A DNA stretch of 64,000 nucleotides from Dehalococcoidia bacterium. Its GTDB lineage: Bacteria > Chloroflexota > Dehalococcoidia > GIF9 > UBA5629. Of the stretch, positions 29,315 to 38,880 are shown one piece after another. The DNA lies in contig DAOUCT010000023.1 of NCBI GenBank assembly GCA_034432055.1, positions 74,126 to 138,125 of the forward strand. The letters run 5' to 3'. Both the position numbers and the translations under genes were made by a program. The notes below the pieces were generated by a model. That model was not told where the DNA came from. It made no database searches and worked only from the letters and a program-made list of their open reading frames with translations. Each line of letters starts with the position of its first letter. Position 1 is the stretch's first letter.

Positions 29315-30577
29315 TCAGACCTCCCTTGCGGCTATATCCTTGCGGTAGAAGCAGCCTTCGAAACGGATGTGGGGCAAGTTGTCATATACCTTGTTTCTAG
29401 CGTCGGCAATGGTTTTACCTCTAGCAGTAACCGTAAGGACTCTACCTCCGGCAGTATATATCCTTCTATCTTCGCCGACTCTGGTTCCGGCATGGAAGAC
29501 GATAATTTCCTGGTCAACGGTATCGAGCCCGTCGATGACGAAGCCGGTCTGGTAACTACCCGGATATCCTTTGGATGCCATGACTACGCCTACACAAGCC
29601 CCGTCGTCCCATTCCGTTGTTATCTCCCCAAGCCTATTATTCACCACGGCAAGAATAATGTCCATCAGGTCTGTCTTGAGACGTGGCATGATCACCTGCG
29701 TTTCTGGGTCACCGAACCTAGCGTTAAACTCCAACACTTTAGGACCTTCAGAAGTCACTATTAAGCCAGCGTAAAGGACACCTTTGTAGGGACTACCTTC
29801 ATTTGCCATTGCCTTAATTGCCGGCTTCAGTATTGCCTTGGTGACAAGGTTTACCATGTTCGAGTCGAAAAACCCTGGTGGGCTATAACTGCCCATGCCC
29901 CCGGTATTCGGTCCCTCGTCATTGTCAAAAACCCTTTTATAATCGCAGGCGGGGACCATTGGTACCACAGTATCCCCGTCTGAAAAAGCGAGCAAACTGA
30001 CTTCTTTCCCGGTAAGAAACTCCTCGATGACAACCCTATCACCAGCATTTCCGAAGACCTTTTTCTCCATCGTGGCTGACAAAGCTGCCATGGCTTCATC
30101 TTTTGAAAAGGCTATGGTTACCCCTTTCCCAGCGGCTAGCCCATCTGCTTTGATAACTACCGGCAGGGGGTGGGAGTCCAGGTATTTTGCGGCTTCGGAA
30201 TAGTCTGAAAAAGCAGTCCCTCTAGCACAAGGTATGGAGTACTTTTGCATCAAGTGCTTGGCAAACACCTTGCTTGATTCTATGCGGGCAGCGTTTCTGG
30301 TCGGGCCGAAGATGGGGATGCCGTGTTTTTCAAATTCGTCTACGATACCGAGAGCTAAGGGAGCCTCGGGACCTACGATGGCAAGGTCTATTTTAAGTTC
30401 GTATGCGGTTTTGACCAGAGAGCTGCTGTCGCTGGAATCTATGGGTAAGTTTTGTGCAATCGCTGCAGTGCCAGCATTACCCGGCGCTACATAGATTTGC
30501 TCGATGCGGGAGCTGTGGGCTATTTTCCAGGCTAAAGCATGCTCCCTGGCGCCGGACCCGATGACCATCACCTTCAC
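29315..30577 (-). CDS. purD: Phosphoribosylamine--glycine ligase
   Basis: 420 aa ATP-grasp protein with an N-terminus typical of PurD. Confidence 0.85.
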   Translation of the reverse strand: MKVMVIGSGAREHALAWKIAHSSRIEQIYVAPGNAGTAAIAQNLPIDSSDSSSLVKTAYELKIDLAIVGPEAPLALGIVDEFEKHGIPIFGPTRNAARIESSKVFAKHLMQKYSIPCARGTAFSDYSEAAKYLDSHPLPVVIKADGLAAGKGVTIAFSKDEAMAALSATMEKKVFGNAGDRVVIEEFLTGKEVSLLAFSDGDTVVPMVPACDYKRVFDNDEGPNTGGMGSYSPPGFFDSNMVNLVTKAILKPAIKAMANEGSPYKGVLYAGLIVTSEGPKVLEFNARFGDPETQVIMPRLKTDLMDIILAVVNNRLGEITTEWDDGACVGVVMASKGYPGSYQTGFVIDGLDTVDQEIIVFHAGTRVGEDRRIYTAGGRVLTVTARGKTIADARNKVYDNLPHIRFEGCFYRKDIAAREV

Positions 30578-30628
30578 GGTATTCGTTGCCCTCCAGCTAT
30601 ATCAAGTCTGTGATTAAGAAGGTTTATT

Positions 30629-30889
30629 TTACAGCGCCTCCTTCTCAAATTTCTTTGCCTGCGTGGGGTCAAGCATTCTAATTAGTTTCGTCAGCTCGGC
30701 TACGTGCTCCTTTTCGTCATCCCGTATATGTTCCAGGACCCTTATTGCCTCTTCATCCTCAAGGGCTTCTATGTGTTCCTCATACTGGTTTATAGCTTGT
30801 AGTTCTCCGATAAGGTCTTCGCGGAGCATAGCCAAATCAAGTTCTCTACCCTCGTTCAAGGCGGGCTCTTCATCAAAAGAATAAGCCAT
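30629..30889 (-). CDS. Small acidic ferritin-like protein with EXXH di-metal motifs, resembling encapsulated ferritin (EncFtn) but with no targeting peptide
   Basis: 86 aa. QYEEHIEAL...LEHIRDDEKEHVAEL gives two E-x-x-H helices. The similarity to EncFtn-type two-helix ferritins is recalled from memory. No encapsulin shell gene is nearby. Confidence 0.4.
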   Translation of the reverse strand: MAYSFDEEPALNEGRELDLAMLREDLIGELQAINQYEEHIEALEDEEAIRVLEHIRDDEKEHVAELTKLIRMLDPTQAKKFEKEAL

Positions 30890-31103
30890 CCGAACCTCCT
30901 TTTTGCTGCAAGTCAGCTCACATTGGAATTGTGGTCTTTTTGCCCTGCCGAAGTGCGGTGTCAGCTATTTGAGTATATACAATGCAGAGTGCGAAATCAA
31001 GCGGGTATTGTGAGATGTCTGACTCCTTTGCTTTTTGGTATTTCATTATAGGTTACTGGTTGTGAGGGCGGGAAAGATGCTGGTATGCTACAATATGAAC
31101 GTT

Positions 31104-32099
31104 ATGTTGTATATTTTTTATGGCGAGGATGATTTTTCCCTCTATCGAGCCCTGGATGATTTAAAGAAGACATGGGGCGACCCTGATTCCTTAGGGACGA
31201 ACACTACAGTATTTGATGCTCAGCAGTTAAGCTTTTCTCAATTGGTAGAAGCTTGCAGTACTGTGCCTTTCATGTCGTCGGTGCGTATAGTGATTGTTGA
31301 AGGGCTGCTTGCCATTTTTGAACAGGAATCGACACAAAAACGAGGTAGGAGGGGATCGTCAAAGAAAACGGAGATTGATACTGGTGAGTGGCGGGGGCTG
31401 GCAGACTATGTAAAGCAAATGCCTGCCACTACGAGACTTATTTTTGTAGATGCCAGAGATATAAAACAAAAAAACCCTATTTTGAAATTGGTGTCACCTA
31501 TGGCAGAGGTGCGGGTTTTCCCTCGACTAAAACGGGATCAAATTAGCAGCTGGATATACTCGCAGGTGAGAGAGAACGGTGGTGCTATATCTGCAAACGC
31601 GGTCAAGTTGCTTATTGAGTTTGCAGGACATGATTTGTGGGTACTTAATGGCGAAATAGAAAAGTTGTTAGCTTTTGCTCAAGGGCGCCCTATAACTGAA
31701 GAAGATGTGCGAATTGTAGCGAGCTTTGCTCGAGAGGTTAATATCTTTCGTCTGGTCGATGCCATTCTTGAGCGAGATAAGAGGTCAGCACAAAAGATGC
31801 TCTGTCTCATATTGCGCGAGGGGGTGTCACCTTTGCATGTCCTGGCTATGATCGCCAAGCAGCTACGTTTGATAGTGCTAGCCAAGGATTTGGGGGTTGA
31901 GATTTTAACGAGAGGTAGAGTAAGCGCTATAGAAAGTGCACCGGAGTACAGCTTGAAGAAGGCGTTAGAGCAAGCTAGGCTGTATTCTCTGGAAGGGGTG
32001 AAAAAGACCTTTGAGAAGCTTCTTGAGACTGATATTGCCATCAAGACTGGAAAGTATGATGGTGATTTAGCTCTTGAACTTTTACTGACAGAGTTGTGA
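31104..32099 (+). CDS. holA: DNA polymerase III delta subunit
   Basis: The HolA-like N-terminus MLYIFYGEDDFSL begins at ATG 31104. The ORF-track start at 31035 is a TTG further upstream. Confidence 0.65.
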   Translation: MLYIFYGEDDFSLYRALDDLKKTWGDPDSLGTNTTVFDAQQLSFSQLVEACSTVPFMSSVRIVIVEGLLAIFEQESTQKRGRRGSSKKTEIDTGEWRGLADYVKQMPATTRLIFVDARDIKQKNPILKLVSPMAEVRVFPRLKRDQISSWIYSQVRENGGAISANAVKLLIEFAGHDLWVLNGEIEKLLAFAQGRPITEEDVRIVASFAREVNIFRLVDAILERDKRSAQKMLCLILREGVSPLHVLAMIAKQLRLIVLAKDLGVEILTRGRVSAIESAPEYSLKKALEQARLYSLEGVKKTFEKLLETDIAIKTGKYDGDLALELLLTEL

Positions 32100-32171
32100 G
32101 CGATGTTGCTTTCTTGTGCTTTGAATGTGAACTGCGGTTTCGGTTAGAATAGAAATTGGAGAGGATGTACA

Positions 32172-33470
32172 GTGCAGCGGGTTTTAGCTATGATTCTGGC
32201 TGGCGGTGCCAGTGAGCGGATGAGTATTCTGGCGGAAGAGAGAGCAAAGCCAGCGGTGCCGTTTGGCGGCAAGTATAGAATCATTGATTTTACCTTAAGC
32301 AACTGTGCTAACTCGGGTATCCATAATGTAGCAGTACTTACTCAATTCAATCCCCGTTCTTTAGCCCAGCACATAGGCGTGGGACGTCCCTGGGACCTGG
32401 ACAGGACGAGTGGGGGTGTTGTAATCCTGCAGCCCTTTTTGAGCCGCTTGAGTCACGACTGGTATAAGGGCACAGCCGATGCCATCTACCAGAATATCGA
32501 CTTCATACAGAGACAGAAAGTTGACGAGGTTTTAATTTTAGCTGGTGACCACGTTTACTCGATGCGGTATGACTACATGATACATGCTCATAGGGTCAGA
32601 GATGCAGAGGTTACTGTAGCTGTAACTGAAGTACCTGCGGCTGAAGTTTCCAGGTTCGGCATTGTTATCCTCGACCATAACGAGCGTGTAGTTGGCTTTA
32701 AAGAGAAGCCGAAGGAAGCTACAAGCAACTTGGCTTCCATGGGTATATATGTTTTTGATAAGGACGTCCTGGTTCAGTGCTTAGAAGAGTGTGGGGGAAA
32801 AGGGAGTCACGATTTCGGGAGCCACATTATGCCTGAGATTATCGGCAAATATAAAGTATATGGCTACAGGTTCCGAGGCTATTGGCGAGATGTGGGAACG
32901 ATAGAGGCTTACTGGCGAGCCAACATGGATTTGATAGTTGATTTGCCTGAATTAAACCTGTACGATGCCTCCGCTGAGATAAGGACGGTTTATCACGGGA
33001 GACCACCGGCGAAGATAGGTCCGAAGGCTGGTATAAGCCGCAGTCTTGTTGCGAATGGCGCTATTATCAACGGACGAGTGGAGAATTCGGTCATCTTTCC
33101 AGACGTGTTTGTTCAGGAAGACGCTGTGGTGAGGGAGTCCATCGTCTTTGAAGGTTCTACAGTAGGAAAAGGGGCTATTGTAGACCGGTGCATTATCGAT
33201 AAGCAGGTCTGGATAGGACCAGGGAGCTATATCGGCTTCGGCGATGATATGACGCCGAACAAGGATGAACCACAAAACCTTAACTGCGGCATAACACTTG
33301 TGGGTAAAGGGGCTAGGATACCAGCCGATATTAAGGTGGGGCGTAATTGCAAGATCGGTTGCTGGGTGAGTGACAGCGATTTTACTTCGAAGCTCATTCC
33401 CAGCGGGGAGAGCGTAGTTGCCAAAGCAACCAAACGCCGTGTCCCCAAAATACTGGCGGAAGAGCATTGA
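32172..33470 (+). CDS. glgC: Glucose-1-phosphate adenylyltransferase
   Basis: 432 aa with a GTG start. It has GGASERM...GGKYRIIDF and a left-handed beta-helix C-terminus. Its stop overlaps the next gene's start (ATGA). Confidence 0.85.
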   Translation: MQRVLAMILAGGASERMSILAEERAKPAVPFGGKYRIIDFTLSNCANSGIHNVAVLTQFNPRSLAQHIGVGRPWDLDRTSGGVVILQPFLSRLSHDWYKGTADAIYQNIDFIQRQKVDEVLILAGDHVYSMRYDYMIHAHRVRDAEVTVAVTEVPAAEVSRFGIVILDHNERVVGFKEKPKEATSNLASMGIYVFDKDVLVQCLEECGGKGSHDFGSHIMPEIIGKYKVYGYRFRGYWRDVGTIEAYWRANMDLIVDLPELNLYDASAEIRTVYHGRPPAKIGPKAGISRSLVANGAIINGRVENSVIFPDVFVQEDAVVRESIVFEGSTVGKGAIVDRCIIDKQVWIGPGSYIGFGDDMTPNKDEPQNLNCGITLVGKGARIPADIKVGRNCKIGCWVSDSDFTSKLIPSGESVVAKATKRRVPKILAEEH

Positions 33471-35158
33471 AGACCGGAGCCTTTACCTTAGTTTTGCACA
33501 GTCATATCCCCTATTGTCGCAATGCTGGTCGCTGGCCCCACGGTGAGGAGTGGCTTCATGAGGCTGCTTCTGATACTTATATCCCTTTGCTCGATGCTCT
33601 GTATGACTTAAAACTGCGGGGTTGCCTTTTCAGGCTAACTTTGGGGCTTACTCCGGTTTTACTGGAGCAATTAGCTGATCCCATGGTAATTTCGAACCTT
33701 GTCCAGTTTCTGGAAGAAAAGATCGATCGCGCCAGAAGCGATGTCAAGCGGTTTGAGGCTGCTGGTGAGACGCACCTTGAATATCTGGCTAAGTTTTATC
33801 TGGACCGTTACACCCGTGTCTTGAGGAGTTTTAGTGAAAGGTTTGATCGTGATATTGTCGGAGCGTTCAGAAAACTCCAGGACGAGGGTTACATAGAGAT
33901 ACTTGCAAGTGCGGCAACCCATGCTTATTTGCCGCTGCTTGAACGGGACTCTTCCATTTATGCCCAGTTGCAGGTAGGTAAGACAAGTTACCTTCGACAT
34001 TTTGGCAAAGAGCCGCGCTCTATCTGGCTTCCAGAGTGTGGCTATCGCCCATCTTACTATACTGAAAAAAGTGGGCGGAGATACATCAAGCCGGGACTGG
34101 AATCCTTTCTTGAGGAGATGGGCATAAAGTGTTTCCTTGCCGAGACACATATGATTGAGGGGGGTGAGCCTGTTGGCAAAGCGAGGGAGGAAGTGATCGG
34201 TCCCTACGCCAGCATTCCGAGACGGTATGTGGTACCGCTGGCTAGTTATGCCGAGCCCGTGCGGAAAACCACTTACTTACCTTATTGGGTACAATCCGCT
34301 AAAGTAGCTGCTATTGGTAGGAATAACCGGACCAGTATGCAGGTGTGGTCTGCAGAATGGGGATATCCTGGTGACTACCAGTATCGCGAGTTCCACAAAA
34401 GAGATGGCATTTCTGGTCTTCACTATTGGAAAGTTACTGGTGCTAATTTAGACTTAGCCTATAAAGAGTATTACGATCCTTATCAGGCACAGCAGCGTGT
34501 GGATGAACACAGTACCCATTTTGTCGAACTTGTTGAGCAATTGTTGGTCGATTTTTATCAGGAGACCGGTGAATTCGGTATTATTGCTGCTGCTTATGAT
34601 TCAGAATTGTTCGGGCACTGGTGGTTTGAGGGTGTCGACTGGCTAAAACAAGTATTATACAAGTTAGGTCAAAGCGACGTAGTCGAGCTGACCAACGTGA
34701 GCGATTATCTGGAGCAGCACCCCCCGCAGGATATACTGGTTCTACCCGAAGGCTCGTGGGGATTGGGGGGTGGTCACTTTACATGGTCAAATGTGGATAC
34801 GGAATGGATGTGGAGACTTATCCATGATGCCGAACTGAGAATGGAGCGGCTTGTGGCTATGTACCCGCAAGCCGAGGGCTCGATGAAGGAAGTGCTTAAC
34901 CAAGCAGCCAGGGAATTGCTTTTGCTGCAGTCCAGCGATTGGCAGTTTCTGGTGACTACCGGACAAGCCCGTTTGTACGCCGAGAGCCGTTTTTTGCAGC
35001 ATTTAGATAGGTTTCAGCAATTATGCGGTTCGGTTGAATCCGGCGTGGTCGATGAAACGGTTCTGCGGTTGTGTCACAGTTTATGGGAAGCCGATAAGTT
35101 ATTTCCATACGTGGATTACCATTGTTTCGCTGAGAGAGAAGGCAAGGTAATGCCATGA
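33467..35158 (+). CDS. GH57-family 1,4-alpha-glucan branching enzyme
   Basis: 563 aa. The N-terminal FTLVLHSHIPY motif is of GH57 branching-enzyme type, and both size and position between glgC and glgA fit a branching enzyme. Confidence 0.6.
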   Translation: MKTGAFTLVLHSHIPYCRNAGRWPHGEEWLHEAASDTYIPLLDALYDLKLRGCLFRLTLGLTPVLLEQLADPMVISNLVQFLEEKIDRARSDVKRFEAAGETHLEYLAKFYLDRYTRVLRSFSERFDRDIVGAFRKLQDEGYIEILASAATHAYLPLLERDSSIYAQLQVGKTSYLRHFGKEPRSIWLPECGYRPSYYTEKSGRRYIKPGLESFLEEMGIKCFLAETHMIEGGEPVGKAREEVIGPYASIPRRYVVPLASYAEPVRKTTYLPYWVQSAKVAAIGRNNRTSMQVWSAEWGYPGDYQYREFHKRDGISGLHYWKVTGANLDLAYKEYYDPYQAQQRVDEHSTHFVELVEQLLVDFYQETGEFGIIAAAYDSELFGHWWFEGVDWLKQVLYKLGQSDVVELTNVSDYLEQHPPQDILVLPEGSWGLGGGHFTWSNVDTEWMWRLIHDAELRMERLVAMYPQAEGSMKEVLNQAARELLLLQSSDWQFLVTTGQARLYAESRFLQHLDRFQQLCGSVESGVVDETVLRLCHSLWEADKLFPYVDYHCFAEREGKVMP

Positions 35159-36576
35159 GAATTCTTTTTGTTGCTGCGGAAATTGCCCCGCTGGTCAAAG
35201 TGGGCGGACTGGCTGATGTCATCGGCTCTCTACCCAAAGCACTCAATCGGCTGGGTCACGATGTGCGTGTGATGATACCAAAGTATGGAACGATTGACCT
35301 TGTGGGGTGCAAGGCAAGTCCTGTAGTTGATGAGTTCGAACTCAGTGTTGCCGGGATGGTAGAGCGGGTTTCTTTGGAAATGTTGACGCTAGAAAACGCT
35401 CTTAAGGTCTATCTGGTTGATAATGAGGACTTTAAAAAGGTGAGGGAGCCTTATGGCGAAGGAGAATTACAACGATTTTTGCTTTTCTGTACGGCGGTTG
35501 TGGGTATATTGCCTCGAATGGGTTGGCAACCTGAAATAGTGCATTGCCACGATTGGCATACAGGGCTGATACCTTTAGGGCTTAAGGTGGAGGGTGGCAG
35601 GTATGTTTCTTTCTTTACGATCCACAACTTAGCTTACCAAGGGAATTTTGATACTAGGTTTCTAGCTAACTACAGTCTTGAAAAGTGGTGGCGCTTGTCA
35701 CCCCCCGTTATTTCCGAGCCGCCGTTAAATTTTCTGGGGGCAGGTATACTATGGGCTGATGTGGTGACAACTGTTAGCGAAACATATGCTCGTGAAATAT
35801 TAACAGCTGAATATGGCGAAGGGCTTGATTATCTATTGAGATGTCGACAGGACAGGTTATTCGGCATAGTAAATGGTTTAGATTACAAAGAGTACAACCC
35901 CTCGACTGATTCTTTTCTGGTTGCTAACTATGATGTCGGTAGCCTGGATAAGAGGCTAATTAATAAACTGGCACTGCAAGAGAAGGTTGGACTTCCTAAG
36001 GATGCGGAAGTAGCTTTAATAGGTATGGTATCGCGTCTTGATGACCAAAAAGGTCTTGACATAGTGACCGAGAGTTTTGCCTCTCTGTTTCAGAGAGCAG
36101 GAGTTCAAATGGTGATTTTGGGCAAGGGAAAGGAACGTTATCATACTCTGCTTAGACAAGCAGCAATGGCTTACCCGCAATGTTTAGCTGTGGTGATAGC
36201 TTTTGACGAACCACTTGCTCGTTTGATATATGGGGGGTGCGATATGTTTCTCATGCCGTCCCGTTTTGAGCCGTGTGGTCTGGGGCAACTGATTGCCATG
36301 CGTTATGGGGCGTTGCCGATCGTTCGTCATACTGGTGGTCTGGCTGAGACTGTAGAGAATTTGGCGGATGACCTCAGCATTGGCACCGGGTTCGTATTTT
36401 ATGAGTATAGTGCCAAGGCTTTACTGGAGGCAATTGAGACGGCGGTTAATGCTTATAAAAATAAGCAGGCTTGGCGAAAGGCGATGAGCCGGGCGATGTC
36501 TCAGGACTTTTCGTGGCAGGCATCTGCACGGAAGTACGAGTCCCTCTACCGTCGAGCCTTAGAGGGTCACCTATGA
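35155..36576 (+). CDS. glgA: Glycogen synthase (ADP-glucose type, GT5)
   Basis: 473 aa. The N-terminus MRILFVAAEIAPLVKVGGLADV is diagnostic. Confidence 0.85.
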   Translation: MRILFVAAEIAPLVKVGGLADVIGSLPKALNRLGHDVRVMIPKYGTIDLVGCKASPVVDEFELSVAGMVERVSLEMLTLENALKVYLVDNEDFKKVREPYGEGELQRFLLFCTAVVGILPRMGWQPEIVHCHDWHTGLIPLGLKVEGGRYVSFFTIHNLAYQGNFDTRFLANYSLEKWWRLSPPVISEPPLNFLGAGILWADVVTTVSETYAREILTAEYGEGLDYLLRCRQDRLFGIVNGLDYKEYNPSTDSFLVANYDVGSLDKRLINKLALQEKVGLPKDAEVALIGMVSRLDDQKGLDIVTESFASLFQRAGVQMVILGKGKERYHTLLRQAAMAYPQCLAVVIAFDEPLARLIYGGCDMFLMPSRFEPCGLGQLIAMRYGALPIVRHTGGLAETVENLADDLSIGTGFVFYEYSAKALLEAIETAVNAYKNKQAWRKAMSRAMSQDFSWQASARKYESLYRRALEGHL

Positions 36577-37559
36577 GGGATGAAGCACGCCGTTTAGCTT
36601 TAGTGGTCGATCTAGGAGGCACTAAAACCATAGCTGCAGTGGTAAGTCCGGCGGGCAAGATAATATCGCAGCGTCGCTGTCTCACTCGTAGTGACAAGGG
36701 GGCAAAGGCAGTGTTAAAGCAGCTTTTGCCCCTGATGAAAGACACGGTTGTGCAGGCAGGACTTGAGAGATCCGAGCTAGAGGGGATTGCTATTGCTTGT
36801 GCTGGTATTATTGACATGAGGAAAGGGATAGTTACCATGTCACCCAATATCCCTGGTTTTGCTGGTATCAGGCTGAGGGATATCGTGGAGCGTGAATTCG
36901 GCGTGAGAAGTTATGTTTTAAACGATGCTAGTGCAGCAGCTTGGGGCGAATATTGCTTTGGGGCTGGGAAGGGGGTTAAGAACCTGGTATATCTTACAGT
37001 TAGTACCGGCGTAGGTGGTGGCATAGTAACGAACGGACAACTTTACCTGGGTGCCGATGGCTGTGCCGGTGAAATCGGTCACATGATAATAAAAAAAGAT
37101 GGTCCTCAATGTAAATGCGGGAGACATGGGTGCCTCGAGGCTTTAGTGTCTGGGTGGGCAGTGACCCGAGAAGCGATTGAGCATTTGAAACGAGGAGAAG
37201 AAAGCTCTATTATTAGACTGGCTAGTGGCAAAATTGAGAACATAACCGCAGCAACGGTATCGCTAGCAGCAAAGCAGGGCGATTTAGTGGCTCGAGAAGT
37301 TATAGTTGGTGCTGCCAGTTATCTCGGAGTTGGGCTGGCAAACTTGATTAACATTTTTAACCCCGAATTGATCATTATCGGAGGAGGATTGTCAAAAATG
37401 GGTAACATGTTGCTCGAGCCAGCACGCAAGGTGGCGGAGCAAACAGCTTTTACGTTGCCCAGTCGTACTGTTCGTATTCTGAGAGCACGCTTTATCACCC
37501 ATGCCGGGATTTTAGGTGCTGCTGCCTATGTCTTCAGTCAAGAACGAAGGGGATTGTAA
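36573..37559 (+). CDS. ROK-family glucokinase
   Basis: The ATG at 36573 overlaps the glgA stop (ATGA). It has LVVDLGGTKT and the ROK zinc motif CKCGRHGCLE. Confidence 0.7.
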   Translation: MRDEARRLALVVDLGGTKTIAAVVSPAGKIISQRRCLTRSDKGAKAVLKQLLPLMKDTVVQAGLERSELEGIAIACAGIIDMRKGIVTMSPNIPGFAGIRLRDIVEREFGVRSYVLNDASAAAWGEYCFGAGKGVKNLVYLTVSTGVGGGIVTNGQLYLGADGCAGEIGHMIIKKDGPQCKCGRHGCLEALVSGWAVTREAIEHLKRGEESSIIRLASGKIENITAATVSLAAKQGDLVAREVIVGAASYLGVGLANLINIFNPELIIIGGGLSKMGNMLLEPARKVAEQTAFTLPSRTVRILRARFITHAGILGAAAYVFSQERRGL

Positions 37560-37561
37560 GA

Positions 37562-38863
37562 ATGATCTATTGGGCACCATTGTTCCATTTCTACCAGCCA
37601 CCTACTCAGACCCCCGATGTCTTGATGAAAGTAAGTAACGAGGCTTACCGCCCTTTGCTTGAAGTGATCGGTGAGTTTCCTCATGCCAAAGCCACAATCA
37701 ATATCTGTGGTGTGCTTAGTGAAATGCTGTCCCAATGTGGTTATTCTGATGTGCTGGCTAAACTCAGGCAACTGGCTGAGAATGGTCAGGTAGAGTTTAC
37801 TGGCTCGGCAATGTACCATCCTGTACTACCTCTAATCCCTAGTGAGGAGATAGAGCGACAGATTAAGCTAAACTACATTACCAATCGTAGCCTTTTAGGC
37901 GATGTTTATGCTCCGCGCGGGTTTTTTCCGCCGGAACTCTGTTATTCAAAGGCGATAATTGGCCCCGTCATCGAATCTCGACATGAATGGATTGTTTTAA
38001 GTGGTATTGCTTGTCCTGTTGCCTGGCCCTTGGATGTTATATACCAAGCTGGACAAGAGGAAAGTAAATTGGTGGTCTTATTTCGTGACGATATTTTAAG
38101 CAACAAGATCAGTTTTAGGGCTGTAGATGGTGAAAGTTTTATTGAGCATCTCCGACGATTGCGGGGGTCCGAGGGCGATGTATACGTGATCACCGCTATG
38201 GACGCGGAGACATTTGGGCATCATATACAGCACTGGGACAAGCTTTTCTTATCGCCTGTTCTCGAGACGCTGGAACCAATGCAGAATGGTGATAAGACTC
38301 TTCATGAGCAAAAATTACTTGCTGACCACCATCGTAAGTTATTCGAGTTTGAGAGTAGAAAGGAAGATAAGCAGATAAGGATGGTCACTATCAGCCAGCT
38401 TTTGGAACTTTTCCCTCGCGGTGACTTGATCGAACCAAGACCTTCATCTTGGAGCACTTCTGCTGATGATATAAAGGCACAGAATTATTACCCTCTTTGG
38501 AACGACAGAAATAATTTGATTCATCAGTTGCAATGGGAGCATCTGGATATAACAATTAATGTTGCTCGCAAAGCTGTAGAACTGGCAGATAATGATACCA
38601 GCCGCAATTTCGCCAGGATCGCCAGGTCTTCTCTTGATGCGGCTCTTCATAGTTGTCAGTTTTGGTGGGCGAGTAAGAAACCGATGTGGGATGTAAACAT
38701 GGTATATCGTGGGTTGAATCTACAGCGAGGAGTGTTGCTTAATGCATATAAGGCAATATCTACCAGTAATTGTAACCCGTCTATTAAGAAGGAATATTAT
38801 TATAAGGTGGTGGCAGCAAGGCATATTTTTGACCAGATTACGGACAAGCTGTACACGGACTGA
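37562..38863 (+). CDS. GH57-family glycoside hydrolase, possibly an alpha-amylase or debranching enzyme
   Basis: 433 aa with an N-terminal FHFYQPP GH57 motif and a catalytic-region ETFGHH motif. Confidence 0.55.
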   Translation: MIYWAPLFHFYQPPTQTPDVLMKVSNEAYRPLLEVIGEFPHAKATINICGVLSEMLSQCGYSDVLAKLRQLAENGQVEFTGSAMYHPVLPLIPSEEIERQIKLNYITNRSLLGDVYAPRGFFPPELCYSKAIIGPVIESRHEWIVLSGIACPVAWPLDVIYQAGQEESKLVVLFRDDILSNKISFRAVDGESFIEHLRRLRGSEGDVYVITAMDAETFGHHIQHWDKLFLSPVLETLEPMQNGDKTLHEQKLLADHHRKLFEFESRKEDKQIRMVTISQLLELFPRGDLIEPRPSSWSTSADDIKAQNYYPLWNDRNNLIHQLQWEHLDITINVARKAVELADNDTSRNFARIARSSLDAALHSCQFWWASKKPMWDVNMVYRGLNLQRGVLLNAYKAISTSNCNPSIKKEYYYKVVAARHIFDQITDKLYTD

Positions 38864-38880
38864 ACGCCGAAGAGCTTGTT

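Noticed and set aside
30629-30889. LysW-type amino-group carrier protein as an explanation for the small acidic ORF
   Set aside because: There is no CxxC zinc-ribbon motif, and the C-terminus is not the EDWGE-like acceptor tail. The EXXH helices fit a ferritin-like fold better.
32952-33467. 171-aa minus-strand ORF inside glgC
   Set aside because: It is antisense to a well-conserved glgC reading frame and has no ribosome-binding site or recognisable domain.
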